Below are positions 1 to 7,803 of a DNA stretch of 27,941 nucleotides, one piece after another. Both the position numbers and the translations under genes were made by a program. Source of the DNA: Candidatus Iainarchaeum sp. (GTDB taxonomy: Archaea; Iainarchaeota; Iainarchaeia; Iainarchaeales; GCA-2688035); the NCBI GenBank assembly GCA_028713935.1, contig JAQTNI010000015.1:1-27941 (forward strand), read 5' to 3'. Positions within the stretch are counted from its first letter, which is position 1; every line of letters starts with the position of its first letter. The notes beneath the pieces are model-generated. The model had not been told where the DNA came from, made no database searches, and worked only from the letters and a program-made list of their open reading frames with translations.

Positions 1-752
1 GAAAAAATTGCCAATATGGCTGCAAATGCGGCTGCAAAAACAACCAGTTCTCTGTTTGCTTTTATCCAGAGCGCCCTTGCAAGCGAAATTATGAAAAAAG
101 GCACTATTAATACTGGAATAAGAATAAACATTCCCCAGCTCCAGGCCATTGCGCCGAAGAAAATTCCCGCAAGCACAGTGTTCATAATCATTTTTGCATT
201 GAATTCAGTGCTTTTCAATGCCCTTACCATGAACACAAGGCCCAGGCCAAGCCACAAGAATCCGAAACTGTCATCTTCCCAGAAGCCAGCCATTGTCCTG
301 TAAATAAAGGCAGGAGTCACTGCGGCAACAAAAGCCATTACATACCCTGCTTTTTTGCTGTAAACCTCTTTTCCCAAAAAATACATTGTAATTGTAATTA
401 ATGCGCCGTAAAATGCCGGCAGGAATTTTACAAGCAAAATCAGGTTTGCCTTGCTGTAAGCCGCACCGAGGAAAAGGAGCTTGTACATGAACGCCCCAAA
501 ATACCAGTGCAACGGCACTGCAGGCATTGATACCTGCGGCATGAAATAATATGCCATTGTGTCAAACTGCGGAATGCTTCCAGTCTGCAATAAGGTTCCA
601 AGTATCCTTGCATGGAAATAGGAGTCAAATTCGAAAAACAGTTCATATCTCATCAGGTGGGCGCGGATTGCAAAAGCAAGCACTCCAATGAGAAGCACAA
701 TCAACCATTGTTTCCTGTCAAAATCCAGAAAATTTTTCAATTTAAGGCCCAT
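1..752 (-). CDS. aglB: STT3/AglB-like oligosaccharyltransferase (polytopic membrane protein). N-terminal part only, since the gene runs off the left edge. It is absent from the supplied ORF track because no stop codon lies in the window.
   Basis: Manual minus-strand translation from the ATG at 752-750 gives MGLKLKNFLDFDRKQWLIVLLIGVLAFAIRAHLMRYELFFEFDSYFHARILG...TMAGFWEDDSFGFLWLGLGLVF... and stays open to position 1. It has several hydrophobic helices. EFDSYFHAR resembles the STT3 first-loop motif EFDPYFNYR, and AGFWEDDS resembles the second acidic loop motif. Confidence 0.6.
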   Translation of the reverse strand, partial: MGLKLKNFLDFDRKQWLIVLLIGVLAFAIRAHLMRYELFFEFDSYFHARILGTLLQTGSIPQFDTMAYYFMPQVSMPAVPLHWYFGAFMYKLLFLGAAYSKANLILLVKFLPAFYGALITITMYFLGKEVYSKKAGYVMAFVAAVTPAFIYRTMAGFWEDDSFGFLWLGLGLVFMVRALKSTEFNAKMIMNTVLAGIFFGAMAWSWGMFILIPVLIVPFFIISLARALWIKANRELVVFAAAFAAILAIF

Positions 753-837
753 AACAAAACTATATTAAAACAATAATTTTAAAATAGAACCATTCTTTAT
801 TAGTACAAAATTAGGCGATTGTTTTTTCGGTTTTTTT

Positions 838-1080
838 ATGGCCATAAAAATTTTTTACCAGCCAAATTGCCCCAAATGCCCAAAAGCAAAAATTCTTGGC
901 AAAAAATTAGAAGAACTCGGCTATAAGGTCGAATACATAAATGCTGCAGAAAAGCCCGAAGAAGCAGCACGCTTTCTCCTGATGGCAACCCCGTCAATTG
1001 TAATTGAAGAAGAAGGAAAAGCAAAAAAAATCTGGAGCGGCTTCACCCCTCCCATCGAAGAAGTGAAGCAGTACCTTTGA
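838..1080 (+). CDS. Small glutaredoxin/thioredoxin-like redox protein (CPKC active site)
   Basis: 80 aa, ATG start. The N-terminal beta-strand is followed by CPKC (CxxC) in IKIFYQPNCPKCPKAK. TPSIVIEEE fits the cis-Pro loop of the thioredoxin fold. Confidence 0.8.
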   Translation: MAIKIFYQPNCPKCPKAKILGKKLEELGYKVEYINAAEKPEEAARFLLMATPSIVIEEEGKAKKIWSGFTPPIEEVKQYL

Positions 1081-1094
1081 AGCAGTGCAGGCGT

Positions 1095-1730
1095 ATGGAC
1101 AAAAAAACCCTTGAAGAATATGAAGAAAAAAAATTTGAAATAAGAAAACGCCTTTTGGAATTCAAGGAAAAATGGCACACCTCTGACAAAGAAGTTTTTG
1201 CAGAACTCGCCTTCTGCCTCTGCACTCCCCAAAGCAAGGCAAAAAACTGCGATGCAGCAGTAAAAGAACTGATAAAAAACAAAAAATTGTTCAATTCAAA
1301 TTCCAAAGAAATTTCAAAAACGCTCTGGAAAAAAGTCCGCTTCCATAACAACAAATCAAAATACATTGTTGAAGCGCGCAAAAAGCTCATGCCAAAAATC
1401 AGGGACAAGCTGATTGCCCAGGGCATTTATTCTGACATTCCAAAAGCAAGGGAATGGCTTGTCAAAAACATCAAAGGATTGGGAATGAAAGAGGCCTCGC
1501 ATTTCCTGCGCAACACAGGGTTTTTTGAAGACATTGCGATTCTCGACAGGCACATACTTAAAAACCTCAAAAAAGCAGGCGCAATAAAAAAAATTCCGCA
1601 AGCCCTTTCACACAAAAAATACATTGAAATAGAAAAAGAAATGCAGACCTATTCAAAAAAAACAGGAATTCCAATGCAGGAGCTAGACCTATTGTTCTGG
1701 TCAAGGGAAACAGGAGAAATATTCCGCTGA
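1095..1730 (+). CDS. ogg: Archaeal Ogg2-type 8-oxoguanine DNA glycosylase/AP lyase (HhH-GPD superfamily)
   Basis: The HhH motif with catalytic Lys (IKGLGMKEASHFLRNTG) is followed by ILDRH, which holds the catalytic Asp. Length is about 210 aa. The track start at 1077 is a TTG overlapping the upstream stop, so I prefer the ATG at 1095 (MDKKTLEEY). Confidence 0.75.
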   Translation: MDKKTLEEYEEKKFEIRKRLLEFKEKWHTSDKEVFAELAFCLCTPQSKAKNCDAAVKELIKNKKLFNSNSKEISKTLWKKVRFHNNKSKYIVEARKKLMPKIRDKLIAQGIYSDIPKAREWLVKNIKGLGMKEASHFLRNTGFFEDIAILDRHILKNLKKAGAIKKIPQALSHKKYIEIEKEMQTYSKKTGIPMQELDLLFWSRETGEIFR

Positions 1731-1738
1731 AATCACAC

Positions 1739-2782
1739 TTACACCAAGGCTTTTTTCAGGTTTTGAATCACTGGAATTTTTTCAGGGTCTGTTTTATTCA
1801 GCAATGCGAGATAATAAGAAACAAGCGCTGAAATAAAAATCCCGTAAAAAATTTTTTCAATCTTGTTTTTGCCATTGAGCCGGATTTCTATTTGGGGATA
1901 TTTCTTAAAATTTTTTTTTGTAAATTCAAAGCGCCTTTTCATTTTTTCAGATTCCTCATTATCGCGGAAAAACAAAAAACAGGAATTCTTTGGGAGAATT
2001 TCAGAATTAATTTCATTATGGTTCATTTCCGGCAGGCAATTGCTTAAAGCCAGTATTTTCGGGTTTTCATTAAGCTCAACCCTGAGCCTGTAGGAAAGCA
2101 CGCCAAACTCAGCCGGAGCTTCAATAATCGGAAACTTGCCTTTCAGCTTCAAAGCAATTTTTTTTGCCTCCTTGCCAATTTCACCTGACTCTTTTTCCAA
2201 AAAACCAGCACAATCCAGCAATTCCTTTTCCATGCTTTCAACCAGGCCAAGCTTTTCCAAGACAAAAATCAGTGCAACTGCCATTGAAATAGTGCCAAGC
2301 CTTGGCTGGGAAAGAGTTGGAACAATTATTTTTGCTTCAGCTGTTTCAGCAAGCATTCCCCCGCTTGCAACTGCAGCTGCAAAAGAACCCCTGCGCTTTG
2401 CTTCTTCAAAACAGGCAATTGTTTCCTCTGTATTTCCCGAAAAGCTTATTGCCACAACAAGAGTTTTTTCATCAGCATAAGCAGGCAAAGAATAATCCTC
2501 TACAACCTCAATCGGAACTTTTATTTCGCTGGAAAGAACTTCCTTTACAACCAGGCCAGCCATTCCAGAAGCCCCCATTCCACAGAACACAATTTTTTCA
2601 ATTGCCCTTGTTTCTGTTGGAAAAAATTTTTTGCCGGTTTCAACAGCAGCCCTTAACTGCCCAGGATAATTGCGTATGGGCTGCAAAACATTTTTTTTGT
2701 CAAATTTTTTTTGCAAAGCATCCCAGTCCAAATCAACCACGAAAAAAATAGGGCTTTTTTTAATAAAAGGCTTTTGGTTCAA
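1739..2782 (-). CDS. Bifunctional phosphoglucose/phosphomannose isomerase (SIS domain, archaeal PGI/PMI family)
   Basis: CGMGASGMAG, VVAISFSGNTEET and YRLRVELNENPKILALSNCLPEMNHNEI are collinear with the PGI/PMI family motifs (GMGGSG, SYSGNT.ET, NENAK...PE..HN). The only available start is a TTG at 2782, 12 nt after the stop of the upstream secreted-protein gene. Confidence 0.75.
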   Translation of the reverse strand: MNQKPFIKKSPIFFVVDLDWDALQKKFDKKNVLQPIRNYPGQLRAAVETGKKFFPTETRAIEKIVFCGMGASGMAGLVVKEVLSSEIKVPIEVVEDYSLPAYADEKTLVVAISFSGNTEETIACFEEAKRRGSFAAAVASGGMLAETAEAKIIVPTLSQPRLGTISMAVALIFVLEKLGLVESMEKELLDCAGFLEKESGEIGKEAKKIALKLKGKFPIIEAPAEFGVLSYRLRVELNENPKILALSNCLPEMNHNEINSEILPKNSCFLFFRDNEESEKMKRRFEFTKKNFKKYPQIEIRLNGKNKIEKIFYGIFISALVSYYLALLNKTDPEKIPVIQNLKKALV

Positions 2783-2794
2783 AAAACAATTTTC

Positions 2795-3931
2795 TTATTT
2801 ATCCCCCATTTTTGCTGTTTTTGAACCGACTGCAATTAGGCCCTTCTCATTGCTTATTTCAACTTCAAAAATAAATCCATTCGGAAACTGGCCAGGGTCA
2901 AACAAAAATTTGCTGAATGCAATTCCTTCTCCCTCTAAATAATCGCTTTTTGCTGCAAAAGTGCTTCCCTTATCCTCAATTGTTATGCAGTCCCAGTAAC
3001 CATCCTTATTTTGGTTAGGAATTTTTTCTTTTGTGCTTTCAAACAAAGTAATGCTTCCTGCAGGGCTGCCTGACAAAACAAATTTTTCATTTGTCAGGGA
3101 GGTCCATTCAATGTTTTTTGATTCATAACAAATTTTTGCCTGGTCTTTTCCATTCCATTCTCCAAGAGCAGCCCATGGCTTTTCAGCTTTCTTGGGAATC
3201 ACTTTCAGCTGCGGAAAATTTTGCGCTTCATCACCAAAAACACTATCCAAAAGATTCTTGTTCATCCTCAAAATTGAATCAAGAATATTGCCCTTGCTTT
3301 CCTCAATTTTTACGGAAGTTGCAGAAAAATTCTTTTCCGAACCGTCACTCATTTTTGCCAAAATTTCAGGAGTAATTTCAATTGAATTAATCTGCCCCCT
3401 AATGCCCTTTACAAATTCCATTATTTTTTCAACAGGAACAAGCGCCCCAAGCGCATCGCCTTTTTTTTCCAGGCTTTCCGAAGGCATTGAAGTGCAATAT
3501 GCATTTTCCTGCAGGTCTCCCTGTTCTGCATCCTTTATAACACAAACCAAAAATTCTGCAATGCTTTCCTCTGCGTCAACCTTGTCAAAATTTTCCGTTC
3601 CATTGTCAAATGTGCATTCCAGGCTCTGCAAATTCAAGTCATCAAGATTTTTAACAAGGACAAAGCTTGGCGCTGTCAGAAGTTCAGGCACTCCAATGTA
3701 TTCAGCGCCTCCGCATTCAAGTACGCAGGCTTCTGAGGGAGTTGTTTCCCCAATGTATTCAGCGCCTCCGCATTCAAGAACACAGGCATCTGAAGGATTT
3801 GTTGCCGGGATTGGCTCTGTTTGGCCTGTGCTATTGCCAAGGTCAACCTTTACATCCACTATCGTGTCAGCAAAAACCCATGCAAAAGCAAGCAAAAATA
3901 AAAAACCAATTGCAATTATTTTTTTACCCAT
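2795..3931 (-). CDS. Secreted hypothetical protein with a duplicated Cys-containing 19-aa motif
   Basis: 378 aa. The N-terminal signal-like segment is MGKKIIAIGFLFLLAFAWVFA. PS[DE]ACVLECGGAEYIG occurs twice in tandem, and several N-x-S/T sequons are present. I recognise no family. Confidence 0.6.
   Translation of the reverse strand: MGKKIIAIGFLFLLAFAWVFADTIVDVKVDLGNSTGQTEPIPATNPSDACVLECGGAEYIGETTPSEACVLECGGAEYIGVPELLTAPSFVLVKNLDDLNLQSLECTFDNGTENFDKVDAEESIAEFLVCVIKDAEQGDLQENAYCTSMPSESLEKKGDALGALVPVEKIMEFVKGIRGQINSIEITPEILAKMSDGSEKNFSATSVKIEESKGNILDSILRMNKNLLDSVFGDEAQNFPQLKVIPKKAEKPWAALGEWNGKDQAKICYESKNIEWTSLTNEKFVLSGSPAGSITLFESTKEKIPNQNKDGYWDCITIEDKGSTFAAKSDYLEGEGIAFSKFLFDPGQFPNGFIFEVEISNEKGLIAVGSKTAKMGDK
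3693..3796. repeat. Tandem 57-nt (19-codon) direct repeat, about 1.8 copies, inside the 378-aa secreted protein gene
   Basis: ccaatgtattcagcgcctccgcattcaag occurs identically at 3693 and at 3750, a period of 57 nt. The following 18 nt differ at about 4 positions. Confidence 0.85.
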
Positions 3932-3940
3932 TTTTCCACC

Positions 3941-5314
3941 TTATTGGCCGCTACTGGAATTTGCCAGTTCGCTCAGCCTTAATATTATTTTTTCCCCTTT
4001 GTCAAGGTCTGCCTGGCTAAGCGAAATTGAAATCTCAACTCCTTTTCCAGTGAAGCCAGTTATCCTTGAAGACAAAACAATTTTTTTTGTTTCGCCTTCT
4101 GCAATTATTCCAACATCTTTTAACATGATTTCACTGCCATTGATTTCAAAATTGTTTGTTTTTTCACTGCTAATTTCAATCTCCAGGTTTTCCAGGACAG
4201 CCTGCAAAGCGCTTTTTCCAGCATTTTCAGGATTTGTCTCTATTTTTTGCGCAAGGTAAGTGTCAAACTCAATTTTTAAGGAAAGATCTTTTTTATGCTG
4301 GGCAGGCTGCACAGGTTCGGCTGGATTTTTTGAAGAATTTAATTCAATTTCAGTTTCCCCCATTATTGTGTTTTTTGCATGAATAGTTCCTGACAGGCTG
4401 ATTGTATCCCTCCTATCAAGTTCAAAGTCATATGCAGTGGAAAATCCTTTCCAGCCATTTTCAGTTTTTTCCGGAATTGCAGCGGCATTTGCAAGATCGT
4501 TCTTGGGCGAATTTTGTTTTGAAGTTTCCACTATGACACAATCTGATTTTTTTGTGTTCCGAGGATCATCGCCTGCAGCAGCATCATGAAATTCCGATGC
4601 TCCCTGGAACAAAATGTCTATTGCCCTGTTTGCTTTTGGAAAAAGAACAATTTTTTCATAATAATCGCCATACTGCCATTTTTCAAGCGCACTCCAGTCA
4701 TAACAAATTTTTATTGGAAAATCTTTCTCTGAAATAGTGCCCGCAAGCTCACTGCCTGTTTTTGAAAAAATCGTTAATTTTAACATGAAAGGCGAATACA
4801 AAGATTTTATTTTTTCAAGCAATTTTTCTCCCTGCGAATCAAAAACAGCAATTTTAAAATAAAGGGTAATTGCGCTCGTGTCAATTGAATACTGCTTCAG
4901 AGTTCCATTTCTCCCGTCAAAAGTCACAAACTCCTTTTCAGAATCGTTTTGTGCAGGAATCTCTTTCAAAATATCCCCCCTGTGGCCTGACATGCCAGCC
5001 ATTGCCTTTGCATCCTTGCCCGCTTCAAAAATTTCCTGCCAATCCCCCTCGTTGTTTTTCACAAAAATTTTTTCATAATAGCCTTTTTCCCATTTGAATT
5101 TGTCAGGAATTGAATATCCTATATCAATTGGAAATTTATCAAGAGAAGGAATTTTTTCGAAAATTCCAGAATCCTTGTTTGTAATTACAATCTGCGCTTC
5201 ACTCCAAAAAGCAGCGCTTGACATTTCATGGACATACTTGCTTTTGCTTTCCTGGCAGCCGCTCAGTGCAAGCACCAGAACCAAAAACAACGCAAAAAAA
5301 ATTTTCTTTTTCAT
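3941..5314 (-). CDS. Putative surface lipoprotein with an internal domain duplication (hypothetical)
   Basis: 457 aa. The N-terminus MKKKIFFALFLVLVLALSGC has a lipobox-like LSGC. Two related segments lie at about residues 41-105 and 178-250, sharing FPI.I.Y...W..G.YYEKI. The start overlaps the upstream gene by 4 nt. Confidence 0.6.
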   Translation of the reverse strand: MKKKIFFALFLVLVLALSGCQESKSKYVHEMSSAAFWSEAQIVITNKDSGIFEKIPSLDKFPIDIGYSIPDKFKWEKGYYEKIFVKNNEGDWQEIFEAGKDAKAMAGMSGHRGDILKEIPAQNDSEKEFVTFDGRNGTLKQYSIDTSAITLYFKIAVFDSQGEKLLEKIKSLYSPFMLKLTIFSKTGSELAGTISEKDFPIKICYDWSALEKWQYGDYYEKIVLFPKANRAIDILFQGASEFHDAAAGDDPRNTKKSDCVIVETSKQNSPKNDLANAAAIPEKTENGWKGFSTAYDFELDRRDTISLSGTIHAKNTIMGETEIELNSSKNPAEPVQPAQHKKDLSLKIEFDTYLAQKIETNPENAGKSALQAVLENLEIEISSEKTNNFEINGSEIMLKDVGIIAEGETKKIVLSSRITGFTGKGVEISISLSQADLDKGEKIILRLSELANSSSGQ

Positions 5315-5745
5315 TCAACTTCACTTGCAAAAAATTGCCCGCCTGCAACCTCATAATTGGGGATTCTTATTTCATATTGGTAATCCTTCCCTTTTTCAAT
5401 GTTTGGAATGCGCAGCAACCATCCATCCAGCTTTGTTCCGCCTAAACTGGAAAAGCTTCCCTGCAAAATTTCCAGTTTTTCCTGTTCGACAAGCTGTTTT
5501 TTTTCCGGATCGCCAAATTCAAAAACAAAAAAATTGTTTTTTATTGCAACCATTTTTTCCTGTTCTGTTTTGCCGGCATCGGCGCCAATCAGGGCAAGCT
5601 GGTTTTTTGAAAAACCCAGGGAAAAAAAGCCAGTCTGTTTTCCAATTCCAAAACTGCCCAAAGCGCCAGGAAAAACAAAAACAGAAACAACCAAAGCAGC
5701 AGCTAGGACAACCACAAAAACAGCCACGATTTTTATTGCCCCCAT
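5311..5745 (-). CDS. N-terminally membrane-anchored hypothetical protein; first gene of the surface-protein operon
   Basis: 144 aa, ATG start. A hydrophobic helix (IKIVAVFVVVLAAALVVSVFVF) sits at the N-terminus. The stop overlaps the start of the next gene (ATGA). Confidence 0.55.
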   Translation of the reverse strand: MGAIKIVAVFVVVLAAALVVSVFVFPGALGSFGIGKQTGFFSLGFSKNQLALIGADAGKTEQEKMVAIKNNFFVFEFGDPEKKQLVEQEKLEILQGSFSSLGGTKLDGWLLRIPNIEKGKDYQYEIRIPNYEVAGGQFFASEVE

Positions 5746-5899
5746 GCAATTACAATTAGTGTTCTCGAATTATTAAAATTAACTTTTTGGGGCAAAAAAC
5801 AAGGGCAATGGCATTTACGGTCTAACGCCAAAAGGCAAAAAGCTGTTAAAAAAAGTATTTTTACAATTCCGGCTAATCGTTTTTCTAAACTTTCATTAG

Positions 5900-5920
5900 A
5901 AAAAAAACTCGCCAGAAAAA
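5900..5920 (-). terminator. Oligo-T tracts downstream of the 5S rRNA (archaeal-type terminator)
   Basis: On the minus strand the 5S 3' end is followed by attttacaTTTTTctggcgagTTTTTTTT, that is a T5 tract and then a T8 tract. Confidence 0.4.
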
Positions 5921-5928
5921 TGTAAAAT

Positions 5929-6045
5929 GATTAGCAGCGTCTGGCGGGCTGCAAGAAGAATCTCACTGCCGAGCCAATCCCAGCGGGTCTTAACTTCCGG
6001 GTTCGAGTGAGTCCGGGTGTTTCCCCCGCGGTATGACCGCTAATC
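5929..6045 (-). rRNA. rrf: 5S ribosomal RNA (about 117 nt), stand-alone
   Basis: The reverse complement reads GATTAGCGGTCATACCGCGGGGGAAACACCCGGACTCACTCGAACCCGGAAGTTAAGACCCGCTGGGATTGGCTCGGCAGTGAGATTCTTCTTGCAGCCCGCCAGACGCTGCTAATC. It contains the conserved archaeal 5S core ACCCGGACTCA.TCGAACCCGGAAGTTAAG. The termini GATTAGC/GCTAATC pair to form helix I. Confidence 0.9.
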
Positions 6046-6068
6046 AATAATTATTGGCTTCCGAGAAG

Positions 6069-6077
6069 TTTAAAAAG
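6069..6077 (-). promoter_or_regulatory. TATA box candidate for the 5S rRNA gene
   Basis: The minus strand reads CTTTTTAAA, about 24-32 nt upstream of the predicted 5S 5' end at 6045. This is the expected archaeal TATA-to-TSS spacing. Confidence 0.45.
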
Positions 6078-6093
6078 CTTGGTTATTTTGAAA

Positions 6094-6540
6094 TTAAACA
6101 AGATTTTTCCTAAGATTGACTTTTTTTTCAGATTTTTTCAGAATAATGTGTTCGTTGGCATAATCGAAAGTTGCTTTGAATTGGGACAAAAATTCAACGC
6201 CCAAAATTACTTCTTCATACTCGTCGCCTTTTATGGGGACAGTGACTATAAACTCCGTTCTATATTTTTCATGTGCCTTTCCTATTTCAATAGTTATTTT
6301 TGATGTTTTGTATTCAAAACAACCTTGTGGAGTTTTTCCCTCAAAAGATTTTTCCGACAAGGGCAATTCAAAATAGTCGGCCATGTTTTTTGGGATATAA
6401 ATAAGGTCTGCCCCAGTGTCAAGAACAGCAGTAACTTCCCTGCTTTTGCCTTTATGGGAAAGAGTTACTTTTACGTAAGGATGAAAAGTGATTGAACCGT
6501 CTTCAATCAAGTGTTTTTTTAGTCTGAAAGTTAGAGCCAT
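6094..6540 (-). CDS. Retropepsin-like (clan AA) aspartic protease
   Basis: 148 aa. The catalytic signature DTGA sits in VTAVLDTGADLIYIP, followed by ILGVEFL, a typical retropepsin-fold element. The ATG start lies 4 nt after the stop of the upstream small ORF. Confidence 0.75.
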   Translation of the reverse strand: MALTFRLKKHLIEDGSITFHPYVKVTLSHKGKSREVTAVLDTGADLIYIPKNMADYFELPLSEKSFEGKTPQGCFEYKTSKITIEIGKAHEKYRTEFIVTVPIKGDEYEEVILGVEFLSQFKATFDYANEHIILKKSEKKVNLRKNLV

Positions 6541-6544
6541 AATT

Positions 6545-6736
6545 TTACAATATGTGTGCTATTTTTTCAGGGACCCTTGCCAAGAGAGGCTTTTGTTTGG
6601 GGAATTCTTTGTCAACTTTTTCAGCTACTTCCTTAAAAGAATTCCCAGAAGCAATTATTTGATTATCCAGTATTGCAACCCATTGCCCTACAAAATCGCC
6701 CAAATCAGATTTTACAAAAAACTCAAAATTATCCAT
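6545..6736 (-). CDS. Small DUF5678-like protein, partner of the aspartic protease
   Basis: 63 aa from the ATG at 6736 (the track TTG start is at 6745). The sequence is MDNFEFFVKSDLGDFVGQWVAILDNQIIASGNSFKEVAEKVDKEFPKQKPLLARVPEKI. The G.WVAI...I...G pattern and the P...VP ending match my memory of DUF5678. Confidence 0.5.
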   Translation of the reverse strand: MDNFEFFVKSDLGDFVGQWVAILDNQIIASGNSFKEVAEKVDKEFPKQKPLLARVPEKIAHIL

Positions 6737-6823
6737 GCGTATCAACTGTATATTTAAGAAATTTTAAGTTTAAAAACTCTTCTTTTTATTTGGATATTGC
6801 CGAACTCAGAAACCTGGCTTTTT

Positions 6824-7393
6824 TTATTCTTCTTCGCCTTTTTTTCTCTTTCCGCCTTTATTGACTTTTCGGATTAGTTTTACTGCTACATTCAGGCCTT
6901 TTTTTAACAGGGCTTCTCTTTTTGCGCCTGCAACAATCATTTTTCCGTTCTTGAACAGGAGCAAGGTAATTTTTGGCTCAGCTATTCTCAGGATTGCGCC
7001 TGGAAATTGTTCTGGTTCGTATTCAACATTGTCAAGCTTTAAGGCGGTCTGAAACAAATCAAGAGTCTGGTTAATGTTTGCAGTTGCAACAAGGTTCACA
7101 ACCTCGTATTTTACCCTTGTCTGGATTTTGACATTTTTTTGGACACTGTGAATCAGCTTGGAAGCCTTTCTTATTCCCAAAGAAATTTGTTTTTCAGAGC
7201 TTGCGCCTGAACAGATTACTTTCCCATTTTTAAAAAGCAGCATTGAAACCTTTGGCTCTTTCAGTTTTAAAATTGCGCCTGGAAATTGTTCCGGTTCGTA
7301 TTCAATGCTCGGAATTGCAACAGCCAAATTATACAAATCGAGATTTGCATCCAAAGACGAGCTTGCAACAAGATTAACAATCTGATATTTCAT
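6824..7393 (-). CDS. tbp: TATA-box binding protein (TBP)
   Basis: Two TBP repeats are present, each with NLVA...L(D)L and EYEPEQFPGAIL...LLFKNGK. I prefer the ATG at 7393 (MKYQIVNLVAS) over the track start at 7408. The C-terminal tail KGGKRKKGEEE is basic. Confidence 0.95.
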   Translation of the reverse strand: MKYQIVNLVASSSLDANLDLYNLAVAIPSIEYEPEQFPGAILKLKEPKVSMLLFKNGKVICSGASSEKQISLGIRKASKLIHSVQKNVKIQTRVKYEVVNLVATANINQTLDLFQTALKLDNVEYEPEQFPGAILRIAEPKITLLLFKNGKMIVAGAKREALLKKGLNVAVKLIRKVNKGGKRKKGEEE

Positions 7394-7560
7394 ACAAAGG
7401 CACCCCACAGCAAACGAGGTTTTTAAATAAAACCAGGTTTATAAACTATTTAAACTATAAAAGGTTTAAAAACCTTTAAAAAGGCACGGGCGAATAAAAA
7501 AACAAAGCACGCCACGGTTTAAATATTTTTTGGCACATAATTTTTATGTGGTGATTTTAA
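7394..7560. promoter_or_regulatory. Divergent promoter region between tbp (-) and the antitoxin-like gene (+), with several TATA-like boxes
   Basis: Repeated GGTTT(T)AAA-type elements occur: ggtttttaaataaaacc, ggtttataaac, tatttaaac, ggtttaaaaacc and ggtttaaatatttt. On the minus strand TTTATTTAAAAA ends about 27 nt upstream of the tbp ATG. On the plus strand tttaaatatt lies about 36-45 nt upstream of the ATG at 7561, with ggtgat as an SD motif. Confidence 0.4.
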
Positions 7561-7803
7561 ATGCCGAATATTACCCTTTCAATAACTGACGAGATGAAAA
7601 GCGGAATGGACAGGCACTCGGAGGTGCGCTGGTCAAATGCCGTGAGGGCGATCATTGAGAGAAAGCTAAGGGATTTTGAAGAAGCTGAGAGGCTTGTTGC
7701 AAAAAGCAGGCTTGCCGCGGGGGACATTCAAGGCATTCTGGGAAAAGTAAACAGGGAGACAGCGGCGCATGCCAAGAGGCTTTTGCATGAAAGCAACTGT
7801 TGA
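7561..7803 (+). CDS. VapB-like antitoxin (putative, RHH/CopG-like N-terminus)
   Basis: 80 aa beginning MPNITLSITDEMKSGMDRH...AVRAIIERKL. The 3' end overlaps the following PIN gene, which is the typical type II TA arrangement. Confidence 0.55.
   Translation: MPNITLSITDEMKSGMDRHSEVRWSNAVRAIIERKLRDFEEAERLVAKSRLAAGDIQGILGKVNRETAAHAKRLLHESNC

Noticed and set aside
16-646. Track ORFs 16..303 (+) and 440..646 (-) at the left edge
   Set aside because: Both lie inside the much longer open minus-strand frame 1..752, which encodes a coherent STT3/AglB-like membrane protein. The plus-strand ORF is an antisense shadow, and the 68-aa minus-strand ORF is in a different frame and has an implausible Cys/Arg-rich sequence.
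3192-5776. Long plus-strand ORFs 3192..4259 (355 aa), 5094..5759 (221 aa), 5399..5776 and others, opposite the surface-protein genes
   Set aside because: These are antisense shadows of Lys/Glu-rich genes. Their composition is low-complexity and rich in Phe, Ser, Leu and Pro. They cross the boundaries of the well-formed, translationally coupled minus-strand genes, and they lack SD motifs or signal sequences.
5990-6020. tRNA-like T-arm sequence (ccgggttcgagtgagtccgggtg)
   Set aside because: It is the conserved loop and helix region of the 5S rRNA on the opposite strand. No cloverleaf can be built around it, and I saw no tRNA elsewhere in the window.
6994-7305. A pair of near-identical 34-nt direct repeats, considered as possible mobile-element ends or a repeat family
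   Set aside because: Both copies lie in frame at equivalent positions (YEPEQFPGAIL) of the two TBP domain repeats. They reflect the internal duplication of TBP and are not a mobile element.
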